From Azolla caroliniana (Eukaryota; Plantae; Polypodiophyta), in the NCBI GenBank assembly GCA_043228905.1, contig JBHGNT010000012.1:8308001-8372000 (forward strand): a DNA stretch of 64,000 nt. Reading direction: 5' to 3'. Positions 13,651 through 27,479 of the stretch are shown piece after piece. The notes beneath the pieces were generated by a model. It searched no databases and was not told the origin of the DNA. It was given only the letters and a program-made list of their open reading frames with translations. Position 1 is the stretch's first letter. Each line of letters begins with the position of its first letter. The position numbers were made by a program, and so were the translations under genes.

Positions 13651-14440
13651 GGCGCACTCCTCTTGTCTTGTCTTCTCTTCTCGTATCTTCTCTTCTCTCT
13701 CACTGACCTAGCTCCGATCTTTGAGGTTCTATGGCTTCGTCCATGCTTGCTGTGGCAGTAGACCAAGCTCTGTGCTTGCTGTTTCTTCGTTTCTCCTTCC
13801 TTCCTTCTTTCATTCCATCGCTCTTTCCCTCCTCAGATCTTCTTCCTTCTCGTTTTCTTCTTGTATAGATTAATCTCCACTTCTCAAGTTTCCCTATGTC
13901 ATTCTCTGATTTGACTCTCAGAATCTTGTCCTTTTCTTCCCATCACGTTGAAGCTTCGCGTTTGCTACGTGCAGAATTTCTGCGTCGCGGACCAGATTTT
14001 ACTTTACTTCTGAAGCAGATCGAACAATCGGAAGTATATTCCCAACTCGCGTGCTGTTGCTGATCCGAGGCATCGAGATTTCAGAAGCCTCCGTAGTGGC
14101 CATAACTTACCTGTCAATCAAAAGTCTGGTGTTCTTCCACCGCACTAAATTAAGGATGAAGAAATAATGGAGAAAAAAGGGTGCAGAAGTAAGAATTGAG
14201 AATGCAGACGAGAAAGAGAGAACGACGAAACGGAGAAGAAGGATTAGGGATGAATTGAAGAAGGGAAGGAGGAAATTTTTTATGGCGGAGCAGAATGCAG
14301 AAATGAAGAATCGACGTTGAACACAGGAAGGGATTTACAGAATGCAGGGATAATCGAAGATCAAAATGAAGAAGGATCAGGATTCAGGAGGAAGAAGAAG
14401 GAATATTTACATTACAGAGATGGATATGGCGGTATATACC
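13651..14440 (-). promoter_or_regulatory. Putative BZR 5' leader with uORFs and a probable UTR intron (14439..14111)
   Basis: GAG|gtatat donor at 14439, pyrimidine-rich interior and ttgattgacag acceptor at 14111. uORFs at 14103-13999, 13943-13899 and 13813-13700. The transcript structure is inferred. Confidence 0.4.
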
Positions 14441-15142
14441 TCTGCAAATAGCTCTGAGGAGTTCTGAGATGTGGCAGAGGAGTTGCAGGCAGACTGCGCG
14501 CAGAGACCAAACAGAAAAACAAAAAATAGAAAAGAAAAAGAAAAAACAGGGGCAGAAGAAATCTCCTGAAATTTCATGGATTTTAATAAAATCTCAACCT
14601 TTTCTTTATTCACACATTTATTTTCTTATTTTTTGAATCTTATTTTGCTTTTTCTAATATCTGATTGTTTCTTTTTAATTGATTAAAAAAAACGAAAATG
14701 TATTTTTATTTAAAATTTAGTCTGTTTTTTGCCTCTTTTAATATTTATTTATTAATTTCTTCTTGTTCTCTGCTAAGTTCTAATTATTTTTTCGCGGCCC
14801 TTAAATTCTAATTATTTTTAATTTATGTATGTTATTTGTTACCCCAAAAAAAAACAAAATGCGATATTATTATTTCTTTCTCCGTATATTTATTCTATTA
14901 TTTTCTTCCTGGTTGAAAAAACAAAATTGGACTTTTTAAAATTAAAAATCCTTTTCATTATTATTAATTGCGCTGTCTCCTTCTTCTTTTCTTCGTCTTC
15001 CTGCATCTCTTTCGTTCTTTCGCTTTTCTTCTTTTCCAAAAAAAATAAAACGAAAAGAGGATATTATAAACAAATAAATAAATGCAGAAATTTTAGAAAA
15101 TAATAATCCAACTGAAAAAATAACAGCCCTTCCTTCCAGCGA

Positions 15143-15319
15143 TAAATAATAATAATAATAATAAATAGTGATAAAAGTAATAATAATATAACGCCCTATT
15201 CTAACCTATGCGCAACATGTATTAAATAGTTTGTTTTTTTGTTTGTTGTTTATTTCCTCTCACTAGGGCCTAGAGAGAGGATATAGGATAGGCACTACGG
15301 ATGGGGGCTATCACATACA

Positions 15320-15384
<65 letters not shown>

Positions 15385-15634
15385 GCATGTGTGTGTGTGT
15401 GTGTATTATCATTGCATACGCGTAGGACGATGTTGTTTTGAATTTTGGATGGTACGTATATACGTATTCATGTACGCGTATATATACGCTCCCCCCAGTT
15501 TGTGTATCGTATCATACCGCGTATGTATGTATTTGTACATGATTGTATATATTTAGAAAGAACACACAATCACACTTCCTAGGGAGGGAGGGAGGGACTC
15601 ACACACAAGTGAGTGACTAGTCACTCTATGTACA

Positions 15635-15674
<40 letters not shown>

Positions 15675-15675
15675 C
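15143..15675. repeat. Microsatellite cluster: (AAT)n, (TACA)n, (CT)n, (GT)n, (TA)n
   Basis: Directly visible simple repeats upstream of the BZR gene. Confidence 0.9.
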
Positions 15676-17989
15676 AGCTCACATAGACATGTTATGGTAA
15701 TAACATGTATTATCATTTATGTATTTATAGTGTATTTATATGTGTACGCATGTCAAAAATAAAACCATGGATAATGGCATGGTTCCCAAACCCTAAGTTT
15801 TCGTAGTAGTTATGTTATATATCTCATAGAGTGTCCCTACCTTCTAGGGCTATCTATCTATCTATGCTCTTATGATTATGGATCCTACAAACCCTAAGTT
15901 TTAGCCCCCCCCCCCCCTCCCCCTCCCTCTACCTACTCCTTCGTAATATGTCCGGTATTGAATCGATGTTGTCCAAGATGCATGTATCACATTGCTTTCT
16001 CTCTTTGTGTTGTCTCCTTGTGTCACTATAGCTCTATTACCACAATATAACTGTCCCATAAAACTTGAGGTATTAGTCTAAATTCTCACTTCGACCTTCA
16101 CCTCATAGATTTGTATTGACAGGCTAGCCGACGTCTTTGATTTGACAAAAGTATATTAACCTCAAAGCAGAGCAAAGAAAGATGCACATAGACGTAGATG
16201 CTCATTACTAATATTTTCTCTCCCAAATCAAAATGCACGATATTAGTAATGGCCATCTAGTTTTTCAATCACCTTGTGGATAAAATAACGGCAATTGCAA
16301 ATCATCCGCTAGGAAAATAGATAACTAATTATTCAAGAGTGTGTGATCCAACAATTACTAGGCCCAGCTAACAATCATGTGTAGTTAACTCAACATTAGG
16401 TGGAGTCCCACTAGCTTTCATAGCACAGAGCATGGCTTTATGTGGATTCACGCACCTTGGCAATCTAATAGAAACGGGAAATATTGAAAAGAATAGAGAT
16501 ACTAACCGATTGAGACAACTACCTTGGAAGATCCCTAACCTAACCTAGGCATTAGAAGGTGTAGCAAGATTCCTTTTGTGAAAAAATTACTATTACATAG
16601 GGAGGATGCCCCTCCCTTCATAGCCTTCTTTGATGTGAATATATATATGTGTGTACATATATTGAATGAATGTAAGACACTTGATGAGAAAATGTTCTAT
16701 TGTTTTTTATGGTCCATAACCTACATGCTACCTCAACTAAATTTAGACAATGACCACAAAAATTTAATCTCTACATTTGCTACAAGATCAGAAAACCCAT
16801 CATTTGTCCAACACTTCCATCTGTTTCATGTTTGCGTGAGATAAGATTTTAGAATAATGGATTAACAACGATTTAAAAGTTGTAATTTGGTTGAGAATTT
16901 TGAACATTTGTCATGATGTTTTCAAGGTAATTGTATTAACTCAAGATTTAATAACATATTGAGTGCAATTTTAATATGCTTCGCAAGGCCATGTTTTTTA
17001 AGAGAGTATATGTTATTGGCATGTGCGAGTATGAATAAGTTTCCTCTCTTTGTAATTAGTTGATATTGAGATGACCTTGATTAACGGTTGAAGCAATACC
17101 AAATAAGGGTTCAATATGATTCTATAGAATAACATGTGATATATGAACTAACAATTTTTTAATAACTCAATTAGTCCTAATAAGATCAATGAAATATTAT
17201 AATTGACATGAATGCCTAAGGATTATGTGAACATGTTTTCAATTTCTAATTCCAACTAAAATGTTACTAAAGAAGGGAATAATGTAGCACATATGTTCTA
17301 TGGTCAACATTTACAGCAAATGTTTTGTGTTAATAAGAACGAATGGTTAAATATAAACATTATATTAGATTTTTAGAGCCAATTTAGAATATTATAATAA
17401 TGAATAGGTGAAATATGCTAATTTATAAGCTCAAAAAGTGTCAATTTGACGAATTGCTAGAGAGTATATGTTCTTAGTTTTTTGAGTGCTCACATGACCA
17501 AATTCGAAGTGAATATGGAGTTATAGTGAAACAAGAATTAGCTAGAAACTTGACAATAACTTAGCTTGCTTACGGAACTTTGTGAAGGTTGTCTTTATTT
17601 CCTTCTTCATTGCAATCGTGAGAGTATATTAAGATCATGATTAAGAATGAGAGTAAGATCGACATTGAGATAACTCGAATATGATAGGATGGGTCAAGCT
17701 CTTACAAAAGTAGCATGATTGCATATTAGCATATGGTATATATATTACATGGCAAGTGGCACACCATCAACTTTTGTAGCATGTCTCCTAAATGGACTAA
17801 ACCACTTGGGTTTTGCCCCTACCAATGTCCTAATACCTCACACTAACCTAGTCTCAAAGAGAAAACACTTGGAAATTGTTTGACCTTTGGAAGGACCTTT
17901 TAGTATATAAAGGGAAATCAACGTATCCAATTTGGTTAAGCTCCTACATTACATGGGAATATATATTAGTAAAGCCATGAAAATATACA

Positions 17990-18700
17990 CATTTTAACTG
18001 AGGATTTTTTGAAATGGTGCAATATTCATGCAATCATGATGCATTGTAAAGTACATCACTCATTCTTCAATGTATCATCATAGCGCCAATTTACGAGAAT
18101 GTCTTCTTCAATTTAATCCTTCTCGGCAATCTATTCATGTCCTTAACAATTGTTTCAAGTGTTTCCGTCACCACTAGACTTTTCAAGTTGTACACAATTT
18201 TGAAATACAAGTATCTTGTGATGCTTCCACTCCACTCTTGAAACTTTTATTAATGTGTAATTAACGAGAGAATCTTACATTTATTCGCATAATAAGAGAG
18301 ATTTGGTGGAATTGCTTAGAGAGCCCTCTAAAAGACCCCAAAATTTGTGTCAAAACCAGTTTACAAATGATGCCTCTTCAAGACATGCAATAAGATTGAA
18401 ATGTGAAAGGTTTACTCGTCAACTTCTACTCCATAAAGACATTATTGAGTACAATAAGAAAAAAACATCCCATTTAATCCACTAACACAATCCCTTTCTA
18501 CCGTCAAATGCAATTACATTAGCTAGACCTTATTATATGAGCTTGATGTGAAGATGTATGCAAGTATGTCTACTTGGGGTGAGAATTGAAACAAAGTTCC
18601 CTTTGAGATATATATCATTGATCAAAATAAACTCATGATGTGTGTTCTAGTCCATTGTGGCAATACGAGAATTGACAAGGAAACCTATTATAATGTACAA
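17990..18700 (-). pseudogene. Possible PIF/Harbinger transposase relic
   Basis: Minus-strand fragments GCFFLIVLNNVF..KLT, KQLLRT*I, LKKTF and CIMIA*ILHHF occur in the order of the DDE_Tnp_4 motifs (G.FSIVLQ.V.D, N..LS..R..VE.AFG.LK, IVAC..LHNF). Many stops and frameshifts. Confidence 0.35.
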
Positions 18701-18729
18701 GCAATTACGAATGAGGGAGAGGGCATAAT

Positions 18730-19118
18730 TGTTGAGTGACAAGCTCAACATGGGTCAGTTGACAGGAGAAGCTGGAAGCCAAATCGGACACAGGCCAATC
18801 AACTAGGCCCGGATCAACTGAAGAAGCCATAAGCTGAACCAGCTGGTCGGGTCGACTGGAGGCCAATAGGCCATTAGTAGCTATATACTTATTTTAGTAA
18901 ATAGGTATATTGTAGGCATTAGCGTCAGTGGCTCATTGATGAGTATTGAAGTACTTGTTAGTACTTTAGCCAGCCCATTGTCCATCAACGTGACTGTGGA
19001 CGAAGACGAGATGGTGCAAATCTGCCTTGGTGGGTTAGCTCAAAAATACGGGTCAATTTGGATGGCTATCTGCACGAGTGAGAAAAAGCCGTCCTTCTTC
19101 AAGTTACAATCCATGCTC
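18730..19118 (+). mobile_element. Copia fragment (partial LTR fused to gag remnant)
   Basis: Starts TGTTGAGTGACAAGCTCAAC like the LTRs at 21693 and 63116. SINVTVDEDEMVQICLGGL..KPSFFKLQSML matches the gag at 44863-45135. Confidence 0.8.
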
Positions 19119-19420
19119 TGATAACACTATTAAGAGTCTATTACTAATCAATAGACCTAAATAAAGTAAAAAGAAGGAAAATAGATTGGATACAAGAACC
19201 CGTTCCACCCGACCACCCTCGAGCTATGATCTCGACATAGCCAACCTACCATCGACGTCCCATACCGTTGGATATTAGGATGACTAATATCTTGGAAGAG
19301 GTAACACGATCGTTGAGACGGAAGCCTAGCCCGCACCACCGGTGTCTAAGATAATAGGCTTCCAACGTAATGTCCTTATGAGGGTAGCTAAGCCTCATCT
19401 TTATATCTCTTCCAATGTCT
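19115..19420 (-). mobile_element. PBS (tRNA-iMet-like) plus 5' LTR remnant related to the LTR at 56627-57081
   Basis: gctctgataaca (PBS with 1 mismatch) is followed by tattaagag. It shares ccacccgaccaccc, cgtcccatacc and tgagggtagctaagcctc with 56627-56900. The right boundary is uncertain. Confidence 0.6.
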
Positions 19421-21692
19421 GCCAACCATTGTGTAGGGGACCTTCCTACTGCAATTGTATAGCTCAGGCTAATTTAGTGTTGTAATCGAAGAAGTGGCGT
19501 AGTTTGCCACTGTGTTTCCACCTCAACTCCCTTGGGTCCCATTCTAGGTCCCCGATGGAGTGATTGTCGTAGACCCACAACTTCCAGTGGGTTCCACCTT
19601 AGCAATGTCAGTGTGTCTTCCAATTGTTGTCAGCCTACGCCACCACTTGGATTGGGTGTCAGGTGCCACTACTTTGGCTCTCCCCAAATAATGTAGCCCC
19701 TCCAAATTCGCTTATGCCTTTCAGTAAATTAACCGTTCCAACCTTATCAAAGAGACCCACGAATCTCCTCTCGCATCCCCCACCAAAACCCTGTCAACAA
19801 CCTCTACAATCAATCTCCTCATTTTCTTAACTCCCTTGATGGGAGCGACTTGGTCCTCCCTCGTCCCTCTTGGACCCACCGTGCGTCTCCAATTGCCTAT
19901 AGAATGGAGCCTTGTTTGCGCCAACTTTCCCCACGTTGTCATATGATGTTTTCGACACAATGCGTGAAACCACCCTGGATAGGAAATAAAATAGTAGTAC
20001 AAATAACCCAGAAGTGCCACAAAGATAAACTCATGCAAGGTAAACATCAATTTTGTGAAGTTAGCTTTGTTCGTGAGGAATACGTTGGATGCTAAGATGT
20101 TTAAGAACAAAGCATGATATGGAAGACTCAAAGAAGGAAGGAACTTGAAGGGATATAAAGTTAGAAGCATTTTTCAAAAGTAGTAGACGAAGAAAAAAGT
20201 AGGGCAAAAAAAACAACGCGTGGATATCCAAATTTCAATTGAAAAGATCCATAAGAAAGCTCAAAGGGAGAGTTTTCCCGAAATATCTTGCTTTTTAAAT
20301 TTGAGATTACAAAAGAGAAATAGTGATAAAAATAAAAAACTCCTCACATAGACACATTTGTTTTTAGGGAAAAAAAGCAAGCAATAGAAAACCTATAAAT
20401 AAGAGCATATTCTTAGCAAGAAGACGGGGGAAAAAAAAAACATGTAACAAAATAGGTCCCATAAAAAGGGGCATTAGATTGATCAATGGAGTAATAAAAA
20501 AAGTGTCATGTTTCCTCTCTCATACTCTAAGCTTTGCTTACTTATAATCATAATTAAGTATTATTTAATCTCTCATACTTTCTTAATCGAAGATTTACTT
20601 GCGCATACATATATAATTAAGTATTATTCGATCTCTCATACTCTCATACTCTTATTCAAGAGAAATTTCTTGTCTCTAAAATTAAAGTGCATTAATCATT
20701 GAGCCCTAAATCCTTTCGGTTCAAAACCCTAGTGGTTCCGCCTCATGATCCGCATTTATTAGCAGATTTTCGTGACAATGCCAAGTCCTTGAGCTGCCCT
20801 ATCATCATGTCGTCACTTGTTCGCACCCGTGGCTTCCAAAATAATGGTTGTCTAGTCCATTCGATTAGTGTCTCCGTGATGTGTTTGACCAAATGTTGTC
20901 ACATGTGACACCATGCCTGCAAGATGGAGTTCGTTACCCTATTCTCCAGATGACATGCCATCTTGGGTGGGAATTTGTTAATGTGGTTTTAAGTCTTGTG
21001 CATTACATGTTTATAATTATTCTAAAACCAAGTAAATTCTCGATAGACAGTTTATATTAAATCTCTATTGCGTTTATAAGTCCCGTTCATTACAATATGT
21101 TTAGGGAAAATGAATTGAATATACATAATTTTTATGATTTTTGAACCTCAAGATTAAAAGAGATTATGTAAGAAGTTTTGAACCCTCAACCTTATTGTTC
21201 TAATATCAAACTGTTACAATTTGAATCAAGTTCAAGCCTATGTTATAGATGACATTTTTGCATTTTTCTCCCTATGATATACCACATTACAACATTGATA
21301 GTGAGGGCTCCATTTTCTATGAGCGAGGAGATAAAGTTTGCTAAAACTACAAATAGTTCTAATGGATAACTCTTATGATTTTACTTAAGCTTCTTGTTGT
21401 CTTAATGTTTGCATCCCTATACAAATATAATTTACATGAACCACAATGGTGTTAAACTTTTATGAAAATTCAGGACAAAAGTTTTTTCTTTTCCACAATT
21501 TTGTGAGAAAGCTATTCACAAGGGAGATTTAGAAAATTGAAAAACTATTTCTTCCAATGTTACTTTGACCAGAGTACTGAACTCTAAAACTTCAAGTTTT
21601 TGCACTTTTCTACCTTTGCACACACAATATTATGAAACTGGTACTGAATTTGGATACAAAGTGCTAAAACTACAATTATGATTTATGTAATG

Positions 21693-22118
21693 TGTTGAGC
21701 GAGCAAGCTCAACATGGGCCAGTGGCTAGACCAACAGGTAGACCAGACCGGAATCAATCCGGTTGGCTAGGCCAACTTAGGTTGATAAGCCTAAGCTCCG
21801 TACTGGGTTTCGGACCGGATGCCGGATAGGCTGAAGAAGCCAGATACCGGATTTGGATGACAAACCAGATGTTGGATCCAGACCGGATGACGGAGCGACT
21901 GTGGAAACCGATCCGGAATGTCACATGTGTCGATTAGACCTATTCTAGTAAATAGGCCTAATATAGGCAGTTAGTGTCAGAGGCTCTTTTAAGAGCTTTG
22001 AAGTACATGTCAGTAGTTCATGACAACCCTATCATATGGGCTTGTATATATAAAGTGCATTTGAGCACTATTGTTTGTATTGAGCATTAAGCATTCTTTG
22101 TAATAGATTTGCAGCACT

Positions 22119-22175
<57 letters not shown>

Positions 22176-22646
22176 CCTTACTCTGTGTTTCCCTAACTAT
22201 TATACCTCTGGATAACCAACTGTGTACTCTACCGTGTCTTTCGCATACGCTTCCGCATGTAATCTTTTACATGGTATTAGAGTGCGAGGGTTGAGAATCC
22301 TCCGCAGCCGACCAAAAAGCAAAGAACACATAAAGACTTTCCTTTTTTCAAAACAATAGGAACATGGATAGAGGCATGGGCAACTCGCTTCTGACATAGA
22401 AGCTTGACAGAAGCAACTATGAATCTTGGTTGTACAAGATGTGCTAGTATCTCCTTGGACACGGAACGGATACTGGAGCTATGTTGAAGGAGTTAATGAT
22501 GTTGCACTGGATGTGACACACAGGGACTTTCCGGCCTGGGAATAAACAACAAGCAGAGTTATGTATTGCTTCGAGTTTAGTGTCGGAGATTAGCTACTCA
22601 GTTAAATCCGGGACGCCAAAATGCCAAAGGATGCTTGGGGAAATCT
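21693..22646 (+). mobile_element. Copia 5' end: LTR 21693-22271, PBS 22272-22283, degenerate gag start
   Basis: TG...CA LTR with TATA and (CT)n, tggtattagagt PBS, and gag MDRGMGNSL..KLDRSNY..W with stops. Same family as 63116-63911. Confidence 0.88.
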
Positions 22647-25509
22647 TATTAGGACCGAATGGTGGGATCAAGGAGTGTGTATGGATAGGCACATGACAAT
22701 TAGAGGGTGGTTAGCTAAACAAGAAGAAGTAGGTAACATAAACTAATGAGAGAGATAAATAGATAGATAGATTATAGTATCTTCTTCGGAGGTCAAATAT
22801 GACCTATGAGACCAAAAATATTACATTTCACGTGATACGTGTGAAATTGAGTAGTGACTCTCGATGTTCAAGAACTATACCAATGAATGTTGCAATCGAG
22901 AGTGCACATTGTGGTTGTGAGAGGAATTCATGCAAGGATTTGGCTCGGTCGAAGAGATGTGGAAAGCATGGTTGAATATGATTAAAGGCAGAGCATTATA
23001 TCAAAGTGTGATACTCAGACTCGCGAACTTGTTTAGGGCAAAGTGTGCATATCCGACCACTCTCATCACTTGTGCCCCAATACCTTGGCTCACATCGCAA
23101 TGCATGTGAGCTAAGTTGCATGGAAGCAATGGTTTGAATGGCAGATAACGGTATGGGCTCTAACATGTATCGATGTGTACGATTTCCCCGTTCCGCAAAG
23201 AATATGGTTTTGTGGTTAGGTGCAACATGTGTAGTATAATGTGTGAAGCGTGAGCCTCCACATTTGTCCCATGTCATTATACATTGGCGTTGCAAAAAGG
23301 CCTCATTTACAGAGGAATCTAATTATGCATCATGAAGCAAGTGTCTCGCATCCCATATGCCAAACCATTTTTCTATATCTTGCATCCAACTGGAACACAA
23401 AATTTTGCTTTTATGCATCTTTTGGATCTTTTGTCTTGCTTCCCATGCAATTCTAGGAAGTTGATGTGAAGGACTTTTTTGAACCTTAAGCATATATTCA
23501 ACAACCCTTTCCATGGACATGATCTCAATGGGAAGCGATCCCGTCTCAAGGATGAGGAGGGTGTAGGGTGTTTGTCTCTTAACTTGTAGAAACTTTGTAA
23601 GAAAATGTTTTTGGATATTTTCAAACTCTTTCCACATAGATTTAGGGATGCTACCGCCCCATACTTCCACCCCATAGAGAAGAACCGGTGTTGTCACCAA
23701 AGTGTTGAAAAGATATTTCTTGAGGACCCAACACTTAATATCTCCAAGATTGCATGTGTTCTCAAATGCATAGTATGCTCGCTTACCCACCCTAAGTGGT
23801 GTGTAACACATTCATTCAATCTATGATTTGAAGGAACTTCAAGGCCAAGATATTTGAAGCTTTCCACACATTCAAGTGGCTCATTGTTGTACATAATGCA
23901 TGGTTTATCTCTTTTTTGGCTCTTCACAAGCATAATATTTGTTTTAGAGCTATTGACACTTAATTTAGTATGCATGCAAAATTTTTCCAATGCCTTCATA
24001 AGCTTTTGTCCATCTCCTAAAGTATTTGCAAAAAGCACTACATCATCTGCATATAGCAAAAGCATAATCACAACATTCCCAATAGCAACTTCTTCAGCAC
24101 ATTCTTCCTTTGCAAACTTGGTAACCATTTCTTCCAATTCATCAATGCATAGACCAAATAGTGTCGGTGAGAGTGAGCATCCTTGCTTAACACCAATAGT
24201 GCTTTTGAAAAAATCTGAAAGTTTATCTCTTATACACACACAACATATAACCTTCTCATAAATTCGGGAAATTGCAAGCATATATTCACTTGGCATCTCA
24301 AGTTCTTCCATTCGCCTCCAAAGATGCTCACGAGGTACCATATCAAAAGCTTTCTTGAAGTCTACAAAGCAACAATATAAACCTTTACCTCTAAGGTGAC
24401 TTTCCTCCATTAATGCTCAAAGGGTGACAAGATGATCAATGGTAGCACTATGGTGTTTTTGAAAGCCAGCTTGTCCATAAGCTCTCTTATCATTTTTTTC
24501 AGCCCATACACTTATCTTTGATTCCATTATACATCCAAACAGTTTTTTGCCATTAATGAGCGAACCATGATGGTTTGATAGTTGTTTACATTATTTACAT
24601 CTCCACCTTTATGTAAAGGTTTGATCCAATTTGTAGTCCAATCGTACGACATACCATGTTGCAATACATCATTAAACATATCGCTTATCCATACATGTGT
24701 TTCCTTTCCCGTCCATTTGAGCATTTCAGCCTTTATACATTGAAGATCGTTTGCCTTTCGAGAGGCCAATTTCTTAAGTCCTATGCATATATCTTCAATT
24801 GTAAAGAAGGGAGACATATGTGAAAGAGAACCATAACACATCATCTTTCCGGCAAGAGATAACTCATATAAATTCTTACAATGCATAGACAAGTCATGAA
24901 GAGTTAAGTCACCATAACTCTCAACACGTTTCCCCTTTAGATTTCCCCAAAATTTAGCACATGCATGTGCTTTCTCTTGCGTTTGGATAAATTGTTGAGT
25001 AACTTCCCATATTCTTCTCTTTCTTTGAATAAGCCTTTTATACTTATGCAAATGCTTTCGGTAATTCTTGTTATCCTTAACTACATCCAAAACCATAAGG
25101 CACTTTCGAGATTCACGACATTCTTTATCAAACCATTTTTTCCTAAGTTTCTTGGTGCATTTCCAAGATGTACGGTTGGTCGAAAGACATTTGTTTGTAC
25201 AGGCGAGAATGACTTTCTTGAAAGCTTCCCATTTGCATTCTAGTGTGGCACCCTGTTGTATCTTTGTCATTTGTAACATATCCTCAACCATCTTGGAATA
25301 CATGGGCGAGAGAGAGAGAGATGTTTTTATTAAAAGAGGGTGGTGGTCTTGTGCAAACTAGTTTCGCCCCATAGTGGAGCTCTTAAGTGCAACTTGACCA
25401 GTACAACAAGAGAATGTGATTAATAAAGGGGTGGAGAGGAAGAGGGAGTGAGAGAAAAGGACTGGGGAGGATTTGATTTGTGTAGTAAATGAGATATAAT
25501 AGGACGTGC

Positions 25510-25564
<55 letters not shown>

Positions 25565-25896
25565 GTGTGTATGAAAGTGATAGGGAGTGAGTGAGGGGGG
25601 AATGAGTGTAATGATTATAAATAGGAGTGAGGGGGGAGTTCTTAAAGGTTTTAGGATGGAGGTATAATATTAAGTGGGGGATTTGTTGAAAACTTATACT
25701 TAACTAGGGGATTTGGGTGTATTGATTGAAAACTTAGTCTTAAGTGGGGGATTTGGGTGGATTTATTGAAAACTTAGTCTTAACTACGGGATTTAGGTGA
25801 ATTTTTTGAAACCTTAGTCTTAACTAGAAGGGCATGTATGGACTTAGATTTTGTCCAACATATGAAGGGGCGTGAAATGCTAGCAAGCTCGTGACA
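22647..25896 (-). mobile_element. LTR (~480 bp native length) split by the RTE-like LINE; U3 carries 30-40 bp tandem repeats at 25671-25827
   Basis: Termini tattagg... (TG>TA) and ...cgtgaca. Minus-strand order is tandem repeats, TATA-like box, then a CT-rich tract. No matching TSD was found. Confidence 0.5.
22756..25508 (-). mobile_element. 5'-truncated RTE/RTEX-like LINE (RT plus C-terminal CCHC), frameshifted
   Basis: Motifs FVDFKKAFDMV, GVKQGCSLSPTLF, LLYADDVVL, FKYLG and C-terminal SSHALRCE...CTLC...ESEYH. (ATCT)n tail at 22756-22771. 13-bp TSD ctaatgagagaga (22743-22755) / ctgatgagagaga (25509-25521). Confidence 0.88.
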
Positions 25897-25939
25897 TGTA
25901 CTTCAATGCTCTTAAAGAGAGCCTCTGACACTATGCTAA

Positions 25940-26240
25940 CCAAGACAAGCCTTTTATTTTGGAAGTTGATGCATCAGATTTTGCACTTGGGAGTGTCCTC
26001 TCACAACCCAAAGAAAACGAGTTATTATATCTAGTTGCTTTTCATTCACGGATATTTGAAGCTGCAGAAATTAATTATGAGATTCATGACAAGGAGCTTT
26101 TGGCTATTGTAGACTCTTTCAACCATTGACACCACTTCTTGGAAGGTTCTCCCCATCAAATCATTGTCTATAATGATCACAAGAACCTAATGTATTTCTA
26201 GAATACTCGAGTCTTAAATCATCGACAGGCTCGTTGGGCT
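25940..26240 (+). pseudogene. Ty3/Gypsy RNase H fragment related to the 31233-37024 element
   Basis: [20 protein letters not shown]...[27 protein letters not shown]...DHKNL. Confidence 0.85.
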
Positions 26241-26285
26241 ACATACACATACATAGATACATTACATATATACATACATAGATAT

Positions 26286-27055
26286 TGATAGGGTGTATAA
26301 GACAAGGGATAGTCGTACACAAAATGGGGGCTTGACCAAACTGATTAGATGGAGTTGTGAATTATAATAGATTATATAGATCTAGGTAACTACGATTTAG
26401 AGAGGAAAACTCAAGAAATTAAGATAAAAGGTAGGGAAGATGAGAAAGAGATAAGAATGTTATAATATTCCACTTCAAGTCAATACAAAGAGGATAAACT
26501 CCACAATGAACTTAAAAACCAAAGACCTTACTACCCATTACTCAAACCCACTACTAAGAACCATCTTCTTCCACTAAGATACCTCTTCCTAAGACTCTTC
26601 CCCCTCTATTAGGACCTCTCCTTCCTCCATTAGGATCTCCCCTACCCAAACTCCCCCTCTATCATAATTTTCTTCTTCTTCCTCATTCACGCTATTTTTA
26701 GAAGCTTTTTATCTCCTATTTTTAGCTAAGACCCAACGACCTTCTAATCGTCATATCTCCCTCATCCGAGCTCCAACTTTAGAGATTTAGAAAGCTATAG
26801 ATAGCTCTCTTTACAAGCTTTCTTACCCATATTTAAACGTGATATTTGGGTTACAAAAGAAAGAGTTATGACCATTCCGTTTTTACTGTTTTTTATGGCC
26901 CGCTTTTTCTCTTTTTACTTTTCTCTATGTATCTTACTTTTACTTTTGACTTCTTCTTAAGATATTGGTTCGTGTTCTTTGCCTCCGAATGTGAATGCTC
27001 CATACCTTATATTCTTGTAACGTTCAATGGCTTGAATTCTAAAAACACTTTCACA
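26286..27055 (+). mobile_element. Solo LTR (770 bp) inserted in a TA/CA-rich simple-repeat field
   Basis: TG...CA termini with a perfect 5-bp TSD GATAT at 26281-26285 and 27056-27060. Strand is tentative. Confidence 0.8.
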
Positions 27056-27479
27056 GATATATTACATACATATTCCACATATCACCATATATATAGGTTA
27101 TACGGAACCATGCAAACTACAATACTTACATACATATATACAGACAGACAGACATACACACACATTGGATATATTTATACTTCCACATACATCGGATATA
27201 TACATGCATATATACTTACATATACATAAGATACAAACATACACCCATATACAAGCCATACACATACTAAACACTAAAATACCCCAAAACTATACATACA
27301 TAAATACATTACATTTATACACATATGTATATTCATATATTCATTTATACATTGCTACATGTATATACGTACATATGCCTATAACTTTACACATATAAAT
27401 TTTACAAACATATATACATACATGTACATACATTAGATGTATACATACATATCCATAAACGTTGAATTAGGTACCCAAG

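Noticed and set aside
19420-21690. Possible additional LTR or internal TE remnants (also 15900-17900 and 9850-10500)
   Set aside because: The composition is TE-like, but no termini, TSD or protein motif could be established by eye.
24527-25508. Naturally endonuclease-less LINE
   Set aside because: The TSD places the 5' end at 25508, and a DHHPL motif resembling the end of the APE domain remains. Ordinary 5' truncation explains it.
26846-27460. Y/I/H/T-rich ORFs (also 46307-46550 and 48287-48622)
   Set aside because: They are translations of degenerate (TA/CA)n simple repeats.
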